Source: an uncultured Eubacteriales bacterium (lineage in GTDB: Bacteria; Acidobacteriota; Aminicenantia; Aminicenantales; Saccharicenantaceae). Taken from it: a DNA stretch of 64,000 bases. The notes under the pieces are model-generated. The model saw only the letters and a program-made list of their open reading frames with translations. It did not search any database and was not told the origin of the DNA. This document shows, in pieces, positions 26,421-34,917 of this stretch; the first letter of the stretch is position 1; each line of letters begins with the position of its first letter. The position numbers and the translations under genes are program-made. The DNA lies in assembly GCA_964525875.1 (NCBI GenBank), contig CAZGJS010000008.1:9556-73555 (forward strand), read 5' to 3'.

Positions 26421-27932
26421 TCAGGCCGCCGTGGCCTTGACCCGGTCCTCCTGCGGCATCGCCGCCAGCTTCTTGACCTCGGTGACGTCGAGGCCGAGCC
26501 CCTTGGCCACGCGCTCGCCGTATTCCGCGTCGGCCTTATAGAAGAGAGCCGTCTGCCTCAGCTGGATACGCTTCTGCGCGCCCTTGAGGTGGCCGACGAT
26601 GTTAGCGACGAGGTGCTCGCGGTCCATGTCCGCCATGACCTTGCGGTAAAGGGCCCCCGCCTGGACGAAATCGACGTCGCCGAGAACGTAGGCGTGCCGC
26701 GCCGCCGTCCCGGCCACGTCAATAGCCGGGAAGACAAAGCCCGGCTCCGGGGCCGGGCCGCCGAAGCTGTTCGGCCAGTAGTTGGGCCCGCCGCTGCCGT
26801 TCCCGTCGAAACGCATGGCACCGTCGCGCTGGTAGCTGGCCATCGGCGCCGCCTTCGGAGCGTTGATCGGCAGGAGGTGGTAGTTGGGGCCGAGGCGGTG
26901 CCGGTGGGTGTCGGGGTAGCTGAACAAGCGCCCTTGGAGCATCTTGTCCGGCGAGGGCCCGATGCCGGGGACGAAATTTCCGGGGGAGAAGGCCGCCTGC
27001 TCGACCTCAGCGAAATAGTTCTCCGGGTTGCGGTCGAGAACCATGCGGCCGATCTCAACTGGCGGGAAGTCGGCGTGCGGCCAGATCTTGGTGATGTCGA
27101 AGGGGTCGAAGCGGTAGTCCTTGGCCTGCTCCGGGGTCATGATCTGGACCTCGACGCGCCAGGCCGGGTGCTCGCCGCGGACGATCGCCGCGTGGAGGTC
27201 GCGCGTGGCGACGTCGGGGTCGACGCTGCGCATGCGGTCGGCTTCCGGGCCGTCGAAGTTCTGGACCCCCTGTTCGGTCTTGAAGTGGTACTTGATCCAG
27301 CAGTACTCACCTTTGGCGTTGTACCACATGTAGGTGTGGCTGCCGTAGCCGTTCATGTTGCGGTAGGAGCGGGGCGTGCCGCGGTCGGAGAAGAGGATCG
27401 TCACTTGGTGGATCGACTCGGGAGTCAGGGACAGGAAGTCCCAGAACATGTCCGGGTCCTTGAGGTTCGTCGCCGGGTTGCGTTTCTGGGTATGGATGAA
27501 GTCGGGGAACTTGAGCGGGTCACGGATGAAGAAGACCGGGGTGTTGTTCCCGACCATGTCGTAGTTGCCCTCTTCGGTGTAGAACTTGACGGCGAAGCCG
27601 CGGGGGTCGCGCTCCGAGTCCGCCGAACCCTTCTCGCCGCCGACGGTGGAGAAGCGGAGGAAGACCTCGGTCTTCTTGCCCACCTTCGACAGGAATTTCG
27701 CCCGCGTGTGTTTGGTGACGTCGCGGGTGACTTCGAAATAGCCGTGCGCGCCGGCGCCCTTGGCGTGGACGACGCGCTCCGGGATGCGCTCGCGGTCGAA
27801 GTGGGCGAGCTTCTCGATGAGGTGCACGTCTTCCACGAGTACAGGGCCTTTAGGCCCAGCCGTCATCGAGTTCAGGTCGTTGTCGACGGGCATCCCGAAT
27901 CCGGTCGTCAGGGTTTTCTTGTCATCGGCCAT
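26421..27932 (-). CDS. katA: monofunctional heme catalase
   Basis: ...[23 protein letters not shown]... (distal His), a proximal Tyr region and heme-binding Arg residues. Start at MADDKK with an AAGGAGGG RBS. The longer ORF start at 28076 is not supported. Confidence 0.9.
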   Translation of the reverse strand: MADDKKTLTTGFGMPVDNDLNSMTAGPKGPVLVEDVHLIEKLAHFDRERIPERVVHAKGAGAHGYFEVTRDVTKHTRAKFLSKVGKKTEVFLRFSTVGGEKGSADSERDPRGFAVKFYTEEGNYDMVGNNTPVFFIRDPLKFPDFIHTQKRNPATNLKDPDMFWDFLSLTPESIHQVTILFSDRGTPRSYRNMNGYGSHTYMWYNAKGEYCWIKYHFKTEQGVQNFDGPEADRMRSVDPDVATRDLHAAIVRGEHPAWRVEVQIMTPEQAKDYRFDPFDITKIWPHADFPPVEIGRMVLDRNPENYFAEVEQAAFSPGNFVPGIGPSPDKMLQGRLFSYPDTHRHRLGPNYHLLPINAPKAAPMASYQRDGAMRFDGNGSGGPNYWPNSFGGPAPEPGFVFPAIDVAGTAARHAYVLGDVDFVQAGALYRKVMADMDREHLVANIVGHLKGAQKRIQLRQTALFYKADAEYGERVAKGLGLDVTEVKKLAAMPQEDRVKATAA

Positions 27933-27933
27933 G

Positions 27934-28464
27934 TCAATCCCTCCTTGATTTGTTGGTTTTATGGCGATGGGACCGGGTCCCATGCGTTCGATATGCGTTC
28001 TTATCGGGCCGGCGGGAAGAGCCGGCCGAACAGGGGGCGCAGAGGCCCCGAAGCTCAACGTGGCGCGAGTCCACACGACCGAGGGCGGAAGCCGAGTCGG
28101 GGATCAGCAGGGTGTCGAAATCGCGGTGTTCGAAATCGAGGGTCGTGCCGCACATCATGCAGACGAAATGATGGTGGGGCGATGTGTTGGCGTCGAAGCG
28201 GACGCGCTCGGCGAGAGGCCTCAGGGTCGAAACCAGCCCCAGCTCCCGGAAAAGGTCCAATGTCCGGTAGACCGTGTCGAGGGACACGCGAGGCATCTTC
28301 CTACGGACGCTTCGGTAGATCGTCTCGAGAGCAGGATGGTCGCCCGTCCGGGCGGTCTCGCGATAGATCTCCAGGCGCTGGGGAGTGAGCTTGACCCCGG
28401 CGCTCCGGATCACGGCCTCGAACCTCTCCAGCATCGCTTTCAGCTCGCCGGGGGCCCTGTTCAT
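27934..28464 (-). CDS. perR: Fur-family peroxide-responsive repressor (PerR-like) with a basic/His-rich C-terminal tail
   Basis: Fur fold: ...[15 protein letters not shown]... and the CxxC pair CAPC. Immediately upstream of the catalase gene. The tail ([18 protein letters not shown]) overlaps the catalase RBS. Confidence 0.8.
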   Translation of the reverse strand: MNRAPGELKAMLERFEAVIRSAGVKLTPQRLEIYRETARTGDHPALETIYRSVRRKMPRVSLDTVYRTLDLFRELGLVSTLRPLAERVRFDANTSPHHHFVCMMCGTTLDFEHRDFDTLLIPDSASALGRVDSRHVELRGLCAPCSAGSSRRPDKNAYRTHGTRSHRHKTNKSRRD

Positions 28465-28623
28465 CGGGCGTCCTCAAAAACAAGAAATATTTACTAATTA
28501 GGAATATATTACAAATTAGAAAGCCGGTCAATCCCTTTTATTTTTCCTGGGCGGACAACGTTGAAGAAGAGGGGGTCAGGTATTTAACCGCGCCGCTTGT
28601 CAACGCACCACGAACGCCGTAAA

Positions 28624-28655
28624 AAATTCGGAAATGGGCATTGTGTCCCCGAATT
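28624..28655. repeat. copy of the dispersed motif AAATTCGGAAAT-GGTATTGTGTCCCCGAATT, overlapping the stop codon of the DUF3943 gene
   Basis: aaattcggaaatgggcattgtgtccccgaatt. Related copies at 38361-38394, 47277-47307 and a truncated one at 45690-45710. Confidence 0.5.
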
Positions 28656-30108
28656 AGAATTGATAAGTGACGAAGGCCCGGGCTTCGTAGATCCGCCGCG
28701 TGTTCTGCGGATAGCCCTTGAAGCTTGACTGGCGGTGGAAGTAGTCGACCTGGACTCCGGCCCCCCAGCTCCTCCAGACCGGCAGCATCACCCGTCCCTG
28801 GAAGATGTCCCAACTGTCGGTCCCGGGCAGGCCCTTGAGGGTATAGATGCCGAAGTGCCGCCAGCTTGCGGAAATATAATCACGTCTGCTGCTGCCCAAG
28901 GCCGCCTGAAAGGCCGTCGTCCACCCCATCCCGTAGTTGTAGTCCCTGTTGCCATCTTTGACGTGGGGATCGTCGGCGCCGCTGAGGGCCAGCCAGCCGA
29001 GGCGCGCCTCCGTCGTCAGCCGGATCTTCGGTGTGAGCGCGAACCGCGACATCAGCCCGCCCGTAAAGGAGGAGCCGCCGAACCTGAACGTCTCGAAATT
29101 GATGAAGTCGTAGTCCTGGTAAATCCCGAAAAAGTGAGCTGATCGGCCGCCCGAAGCGAAGGCCCAGCCGGTGAGCGCCCCGCCCGCCGAGACGGTCAAG
29201 CGAGGCTTGCCGTCCTCCAACCGGACCCGGCCGTTGAGTGTGAAGGTGTCGAATGGCCGTTCGCAGCCGCTTCCCCTCCCCACAGGGTCGCCGTAATCCA
29301 GAGTGAAGGCGATGAGGGTTGATGCCTTGGCGCCCCTGAGCCCGGCGCTCCGGCTGACCAGGGCCCCGCCCAGAAGAACCTCGCCGCTGATGGGGAGGTC
29401 GACGACCGGCGTGCCGGCGGGCGCCGTGCCGCTTTCGGCGGAACGGCCACCGAGGAGCCGGTTGAGGGCGCCGACGGGATTGAGGAAGGCCGCGGCGCCC
29501 CCCCGCAGGGCCCGCTCGAAACCCCTGGCCCCTTTCCTCTGCACGCGGGAGGACAGCCGGTAAGTGACCTCGCCGAAGACGCTCCCGCCGGTCGTCGTCA
29601 GAACCAGGTCGTTAATGCTGGGCCTGTTGATCTCCAACAGCACCTCCCACATCAGGCTGCCCCCGAGCGCCGTGGCGGTCGAACCCCAGAAGCCGAGCCC
29701 GTTGGACCTCGCGGCGTTGAAGGACAGGCCGCCGTGATAAGGATGGTGGAAGAAATTGACGCAGAACAGGTTGGGGTCCCACTCGAAGGATTCTTGTACG
29801 TTATTACGCATCGTGTCCCAGCTGATGTAGGTGTAATGGGCGTCCACGACATAGTGAAAGAAGGCCCAGACGGTCAGGTTGAGGCCGGCGCACTCCGCGG
29901 CCGCGAGCCCGACCCTTGGGCGCGGACCGCCCGGAACCGGGACGGCGGGGGAGGGCGGAACTATTTGGTCCGTCCCCGACGTCAGGATGGAGGCCGCGGG
30001 CAAGAACCAGGAAGGCGGGAGGGCTTCCTCCGGCATGACGCCGGCGAACATGCTCCCGAAAAATAAACCCAGAACCAAAGCCGCCGTTTTCGAGTTCAGG
30101 CTGATCAT
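28654..30108 (-). CDS. DUF3943-like secreted/outer-membrane-associated protein (paralog A)
   Basis: Signal peptide. Conserved block WAFFHYVVDAHYTYISWDTMRNN...FHHPYHG shared with the paralog at 30871-32409. Confidence 0.7.
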   Translation of the reverse strand: MISLNSKTAALVLGLFFGSMFAGVMPEEALPPSWFLPAASILTSGTDQIVPPSPAVPVPGGPRPRVGLAAAECAGLNLTVWAFFHYVVDAHYTYISWDTMRNNVQESFEWDPNLFCVNFFHHPYHGGLSFNAARSNGLGFWGSTATALGGSLMWEVLLEINRPSINDLVLTTTGGSVFGEVTYRLSSRVQRKGARGFERALRGGAAAFLNPVGALNRLLGGRSAESGTAPAGTPVVDLPISGEVLLGGALVSRSAGLRGAKASTLIAFTLDYGDPVGRGSGCERPFDTFTLNGRVRLEDGKPRLTVSAGGALTGWAFASGGRSAHFFGIYQDYDFINFETFRFGGSSFTGGLMSRFALTPKIRLTTEARLGWLALSGADDPHVKDGNRDYNYGMGWTTAFQAALGSSRRDYISASWRHFGIYTLKGLPGTDSWDIFQGRVMLPVWRSWGAGVQVDYFHRQSSFKGYPQNTRRIYEARAFVTYQF

Positions 30109-30156
30109 CTTCGGCCTCCCGTCAGTGTCCTCATGGCGATAACAATATCGCTCAAG

Positions 30157-30207
30157 GGCGGGAAGCAGTTGTCAAGAGGATGTTAAGATTCTGTCAAATT
30201 GTGCTGA
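30157..30207 (-). promoter_or_regulatory. conserved upstream element (two TTGACA-containing direct half-repeats 22 bp apart) shared by both DUF3943 paralogs
   Basis: On the minus strand: caatTTGACAgaatcttaacatcctcTTGACAactgc. A near-identical block is at 32457-32505. Confidence 0.45.
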
Positions 30208-30211
30208 ATGG

Positions 30212-30856
30212 CTAAAAGGAGAGCTTGAGGCCGAGCGTAGCGGCTAAAGCGTAAAGATGAAGGATGTTCTGCTGGGTGGGGTCGGTGTCGCGGACGGGAT
30301 CAGCCCTCGGCAAGGTCTCGACCCACGTCTTGACCATGTTGTAGCGGACATCTCCGGTGATGGCTAGGCGCGAAGAGAGCCGGACGTCGAGCCCGCCGCC
30401 GAGCTGCAGGGCCATGCGGTCGACGAAGTCCAAGTTGATGGGCCCCTCAGCCAGGGAGCCGGGCGTGTATCCGATGAAATAAAACCCCACGCCTATGATC
30501 GCGAAGGGGCGCAGAAGCCCGCGGCCGGCCAAGAAGAAGTGGCAGTTGAACAAAAGCGCGTTCGTTCTCATCTCCCCCGGGCCAAGGCCTTCTGCTCCAT
30601 CATTCACGGGGACATCGTATTTTTCGAAGAGGATTTCGAGCCCGAACTTCCTGGAGGCCTGCCAGAGGAAACCGCCGCCGTATCGAAGTCCGTGCCCGAA
30701 GCCTTTTTCTGTGACGAACGCCGCCCCTGCATTCATCACGGCCGAAAAGGCCTTCCAGTCCTCCGCGCGGCCGGGCCGCGGCGCGAGAAGGAAGGCGCAG
30801 GCGAAGGTCAGGGCAAGTATCGGTTTCGAGATCCGGTTCACGTTTTTGCATTTCAT
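30212..30856 (-). CDS. small outer-membrane beta-barrel protein (OmpW/OmpA-like porin family)
   Basis: Signal peptide, alternating hydrophobic beta-strand pattern, and a C-terminal ...LGLKLSF aromatic terminus. Confidence 0.6.
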   Translation of the reverse strand: MKCKNVNRISKPILALTFACAFLLAPRPGRAEDWKAFSAVMNAGAAFVTEKGFGHGLRYGGGFLWQASRKFGLEILFEKYDVPVNDGAEGLGPGEMRTNALLFNCHFFLAGRGLLRPFAIIGVGFYFIGYTPGSLAEGPINLDFVDRMALQLGGGLDVRLSSRLAITGDVRYNMVKTWVETLPRADPVRDTDPTQQNILHLYALAATLGLKLSF

Positions 30857-30870
30857 GGTGTCGCTCCTCC

Positions 30871-32409
30871 TCAGAATTGGCAGGTCACGAAGGCCCGGAC
30901 TTCGAAGACCCGTCGCTCGCCCGGTTCCTGGTCTTCGAAGTCGATGTGCCGCTCGCAGTATTCGACCTGTAGCCCCGCCCCGAGCTTCCTCCAGACGGGG
31001 ATCCTCACCTGGCCCTGGATGATGTCCCAGGACTCGGACCCTTTCTGGCCCCGCAGGGTGTAAAGCCCGTAGTGCCGCCAGGTCGCGGAGACGTATTCGA
31101 AGCGCCGGGACCCGAAGCCCGCCTCTGCTCCTGCCAGCCAGCCCGTCCCGTAATTGTATTCGCGCCTTTCGGGGCCCTTATGATAAAAGTCGTCCGCGCC
31201 GCCGAGCGCCAGCCAGCCGAGGCGGACAGCCAATTTCAGCCGGGTATTTGGGGCAAGGGTATGGATCGAAGTCAAGCCAGCGGCGATGGACGAGCCGCCG
31301 AGCCGCAAGGTGTCGATACCGTAGTACTCGTAATATTGATAGACGCCGAGGAAGTGCGAGGAACCGGCTGCCGACGGGAGATCCTTGGCGGTTAGAACGC
31401 CGCCGATCGAAAGGGACAGATGGGGCCTGTCCGGCCCCCAGCGCAGGCGGCCCTGGACCGTGAAAAGGTCGAAAGGCCTTCCGCCCCATCCCTTGCCTGC
31501 TGAGTCGCCGTAGTTTAGAGTGAAGGCGACAAGCGGAACCGCTTTTGTGCCTTCGAGCGAGGCGCTTCGTCGGATGACCGGCCCCGTCAGGAGAATTTCG
31601 CCGTGGAGCGGGGTCTCATCGTCCGGGCGGCCGGGGGCCCCGGAGACGCTGTCGTCGCGCCCGTTGAGGAGCCGGTTGAGGGCGCCGACCGGATCGAGGA
31701 TCGTCCCGACCGCCTCCCGCCAGACCCGCCCGATCCCGCGGGCGTCCCTTTTCCTCACCAGGGCGGAAAAACGGTAGCCGATCTCGCCGTAGACAATCCC
31801 TCCGTACGTCGTCGTGATCAGGTCGTTGATGCTGGGCCTGTACTTTTCCAGCACCGTTTCCCACATCAGGCTGCCGCCGAATGCGCAGAGGGACGACCCC
31901 CAGTAGCCGAGCCCGCTGGCCCGGCCGGCCGTGTAATAAAGATAACCGTGGTAGGGATGATGGTAGAAATTGACGAAGTATTGGCTCTGGTCCCACTCGA
32001 ATCCGTCGCGGAAGTTGTCGCGCATCGTCTCCCAGCTGATGTAGGCATAAAACGCGTCAGGGCCGTAGTGGAGGAACGCCCAGACGCCGAGGTTGATGCC
32101 GGCGACCTCAGCCGCCGCGAGCCAGGGTCTCGGGCGGGGCGCTTGAATGGGCGGCGCCGGCGGCGCCGGCGGAGTGAGGCCGGGCCAGGACAGCGAAGGC
32201 GGGAGCGGGGCCGCGGTCAAGACGCGCGCCGCGGCCGGCGTGGTCTCTCCGGCCGACGGGACGTCCGCAGGAATCCGGGACGACAGGAAAAACGAGCGGA
32301 CCAGCGGAGAAGACAAGGTCGTGCTTTCCTCCGGGACGCCTCCAAGGAGCGCGCTCCCGAGTAACAAGCCCAGGATGATCGTGGCCGTCATCGAGTTCGA
32401 TCCGGTCAT
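30871..32409 (-). CDS. DUF3943-like protein (paralog B)
   Basis: Same conserved blocks as paralog A (WAFLHYGPDAFYAYISWETMRDN...YHHPYHG). Confidence 0.7.
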   Translation of the reverse strand: MTGSNSMTATIILGLLLGSALLGGVPEESTTLSSPLVRSFFLSSRIPADVPSAGETTPAAARVLTAAPLPPSLSWPGLTPPAPPAPPIQAPRPRPWLAAAEVAGINLGVWAFLHYGPDAFYAYISWETMRDNFRDGFEWDQSQYFVNFYHHPYHGYLYYTAGRASGLGYWGSSLCAFGGSLMWETVLEKYRPSINDLITTTYGGIVYGEIGYRFSALVRKRDARGIGRVWREAVGTILDPVGALNRLLNGRDDSVSGAPGRPDDETPLHGEILLTGPVIRRSASLEGTKAVPLVAFTLNYGDSAGKGWGGRPFDLFTVQGRLRWGPDRPHLSLSIGGVLTAKDLPSAAGSSHFLGVYQYYEYYGIDTLRLGGSSIAAGLTSIHTLAPNTRLKLAVRLGWLALGGADDFYHKGPERREYNYGTGWLAGAEAGFGSRRFEYVSATWRHYGLYTLRGQKGSESWDIIQGQVRIPVWRKLGAGLQVEYCERHIDFEDQEPGERRVFEVRAFVTCQF

Positions 32410-32456
32410 CTTTGGCCTCCCATCAGGTATCTCCTGTTGATGCCAATATGCCTCGG

Positions 32457-32505
32457 AAGCGGCCTGCAGTTGTCAAGACGGTGTAAAGATTCTGTCAAAT
32501 TGTCA
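32457..32505 (-). promoter_or_regulatory. second copy of the conserved DUF3943 upstream element
   Basis: On the minus strand: caatTTGACAgaatctttacaccgtcTTGACAactgc. Confidence 0.45.
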
Positions 32506-32567
32506 TGGAGGGCGGGGCCCGATTAATATAACAGCGGTCTTGACGGACGGGCCGGACTTGGCCCATA

Positions 32568-34727
32568 TTGGGCGGGATGAATCCCCGTCCTAAAAAAGCG
32601 CTTTTCTCCTCCGCATATTTTGTCCTGGCTCTTGCCCTGGCTCTCCCGGATCTAGGATGCCGCAGCGGGAGAAGCAGCAGCGGGCCGCTCCAGATCGCGC
32701 GGACAGGGTCCGGATATGCCGTGGCTCTGAAGGGCACGAGATACCTGCGGTTCTCCGTCCCCGAATTGACCGGCGCTGGCCTGGCCCGGGTCGAGATCGG
32801 CGAGGCCGAAGACGGCTGGCGCCGCGTCCGCATGACCTGGGACGCTCCCACCGCCGTCGCCCAGGACGAGCTCTCGGTCCGCTTCGACCTCGATTTCGAG
32901 CCGGACTTCTGGTGGGCGCCGCACCTGGCCCCGGAAGAGGGCTATGTCGTAGGCCAGCACGTCTTCCGCTCGCCCGCCCTGATCGCCGGCCGCGGGCCGC
33001 TGACGGTCGTCGTCGTGCCGGACTTGGAAATCGTCGGCAAGATGCCGGAGAATCCGTGGTTCATGGACTATGACGCCCCGCGCCGGAAGATGTGGCTGGG
33101 CCTGGTCAAGACCGATATCCCCGAGCACGTCCTCTTTAAGAAAAAGCTGGGAATGACTTTCGCCCCGGGCCAAGTCGAGCTGGGCTTCTTCATCGCCGTA
33201 TACAACGACCGCGCCGCCGTCAGAAATCCCTGGTCGAAGGCCGCCGCATTTCTGTGGAAGCGCTGGGGCCGCCCGCTCTTCGAAAAAGGGGAGCCCATCG
33301 CGGCTCCGCTCCAGGCCTATGTCCGCCGCACCTACGACTGGGCCTTCGAGGGCTGGGGGAAATTCGTCTGGCAGGAGTTCGATCTCGGCGGCACGCGCGT
33401 CGGCGCGCCCCAGTTCATCGTCAACATCTCGCAGTCGCCCAACTATCCCGGTCCGTGGTATCAGCGCGAGTTCCTGTCCATCTGGAACCAGGCCTGGTTT
33501 TCGTCGCTGCGGAGCGCTTCGGGGCTCTATCGCTACGCCCGGTCCGTGAACGACGAGGCGCTCCTCGGCAAGGCCCGTCTGACCAAGGAGCTGGCCCTGG
33601 CCGCGCCGATGAAGGACGGGCTCTTTCCCGCCGTGATCGGCACGGAGAACGAGATCGTCGAAGTCGACGGCCGGAAGCTCCGCCGGCCGCGCGGCTGGGA
33701 TAAAGCGCGCTGGAGCAATTCCGACCGAACGCCCGACGATCATGGCATCACCCCGGAATGGTACCATGTCCTGGATTCGAGTTGGACGGCGCTCCTCATG
33801 CTGCGCTGGCATCAGGAGCTCGAAAAGGACGCTCGGCTCCTCGACTACGCCCGGGCTTACGGCGAGCGCCTGATCACGCTCCAGGACGTCGACGGCTTCT
33901 TTCCCGGCTGGCTCCACCCGGAGACGCATGCCCCCGGCCCGGTCATGAATCAGACGCCCGAAACGAGCCTGAGCGTGACGTTCCTCCTGAAGCTGGCCGA
34001 GGTGACGGGGGAGACGAAATACCGGGAGGCGGCCATCCGGGCCATGGACGCCGTCCTCGCGGAGGTCGTGCCCCAAGGCTTGTGGCTGGATTTCGAGACC
34101 TACTGGTCGTGCTGCGGCTGGGGTCGGGAGAAATATTTGGGGCAGAAGATCGAGCGCAACGCCATGCACAAGCAGAACACGTTCTCCATGTTCTGGACGG
34201 CGGAAGCTTTGCTCGTCGCCTACAAGGCGACCGGGCGCGCGTCCTATCTCGAATGGGGACGGCGGACGCTCGACGAGCTGTCGATGGCCCAGCAGGTCTG
34301 GCAGCCGCCCTTCATCTATGTCCCCGCTCTCGGCGGATTCGGCGTCATGAACGCCGACGGCGAGTGGAACGACTCGCGCGAAACGCTATTCGCCGAGCTT
34401 TTCCTCGACTACTCCCGGGAGACGGGCGAGCAGGCTTACGTCGAGCGGGGAGTGGCCGCGCTCAAATCGGGCTTCGTCATGATGTACTGCCCGGAGAACC
34501 CGGCCGTCATGGCGATGTGGGAGAAAGTCTACCCGTGGTTTGGGCCGGAGGACTACGGCTTCACCATGGAGAACTACGGTCACGGCGGCCGGACGAGCCC
34601 CGAGGGCGAGGGCATGGGCGTCTTCACGATCTATGACTGGGGGAACGGCGCCGCGGCCGAGGCGGCCATGCGCATCCTCGACCACTACGGCCCGCTGGAA
34701 GGACTCGCGCCCCGCTCCCGGCGGTAG
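32568..34727 (+). CDS. hypothetical lipoprotein (719 aa), possibly a carbohydrate-active enzyme
   Basis: Lipobox LPDLGC. Large Trp/Tyr-rich soluble domain. Sits among glycoside hydrolase genes. No catalytic motif was confidently recognised. Confidence 0.55.
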   Translation: MGGMNPRPKKALFSSAYFVLALALALPDLGCRSGRSSSGPLQIARTGSGYAVALKGTRYLRFSVPELTGAGLARVEIGEAEDGWRRVRMTWDAPTAVAQDELSVRFDLDFEPDFWWAPHLAPEEGYVVGQHVFRSPALIAGRGPLTVVVVPDLEIVGKMPENPWFMDYDAPRRKMWLGLVKTDIPEHVLFKKKLGMTFAPGQVELGFFIAVYNDRAAVRNPWSKAAAFLWKRWGRPLFEKGEPIAAPLQAYVRRTYDWAFEGWGKFVWQEFDLGGTRVGAPQFIVNISQSPNYPGPWYQREFLSIWNQAWFSSLRSASGLYRYARSVNDEALLGKARLTKELALAAPMKDGLFPAVIGTENEIVEVDGRKLRRPRGWDKARWSNSDRTPDDHGITPEWYHVLDSSWTALLMLRWHQELEKDARLLDYARAYGERLITLQDVDGFFPGWLHPETHAPGPVMNQTPETSLSVTFLLKLAEVTGETKYREAAIRAMDAVLAEVVPQGLWLDFETYWSCCGWGREKYLGQKIERNAMHKQNTFSMFWTAEALLVAYKATGRASYLEWGRRTLDELSMAQQVWQPPFIYVPALGGFGVMNADGEWNDSRETLFAELFLDYSRETGEQAYVERGVAALKSGFVMMYCPENPAVMAMWEKVYPWFGPEDYGFTMENYGHGGRTSPEGEGMGVFTIYDWGNGAAAEAAMRILDHYGPLEGLAPRSRR

Positions 34728-34730
34728 TCA

Positions 34731-34917
34731 GGGGACAATTACCAGAGGTACGTGTCCCCGTTCTTAGCCGCACCGTGGGCCTGCGGTTGTCGGGGACAAT
34801 TACCAGAGGTACGTGTCCCCGTTCTTGAAATAGGAGAACAATATTGAGAAAACACGGTGCTGATCAGGAGACGGCGGCTTACAGGGGACATGTACCTCCG
34901 GTACGTGTCCCCGTTAT
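34731..34917. repeat. three copies of the GGGGACA..GTACC-N3-GGTAC..TGTCCCCGTT element at 34731-34765, 34792-34826 and 34884-34917
   Basis: Copies 1 and 2 are identical (ggggacaattaccagaggtacgtgtccccgttctt). Copy 3 is ggggacatgtacctccggtacgtgtccccgtt and lies inside the annotated 5' end of the GH3 ORF. Confidence 0.7.

Noticed and set aside
27933-28076. Upstream extension of the catalase ORF to 28076
   Set aside because: It overlaps the perR gene. The internal Met MADDKK has a strong AAGGAGGG RBS and aligns with catalase N-termini.
28624-28655. Interpretation of the AAATTCGGAAAT-GGTATTGTGTCCCC motif as a sigma-54 (-24/-12) promoter
   Set aside because: TGGTAT..TGTG only loosely resembles TGGCAC-N5-TTGC. 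The copies do not consistently lie upstream of co-oriented genes.
34731-34917. Possible CRISPR array (three ~35-bp repeats)
   Set aside because: The spacing is irregular (61 and 92 bp). The repeats are strongly palindromic and the same element is dispersed singly elsewhere in the window. There are no cas genes nearby.
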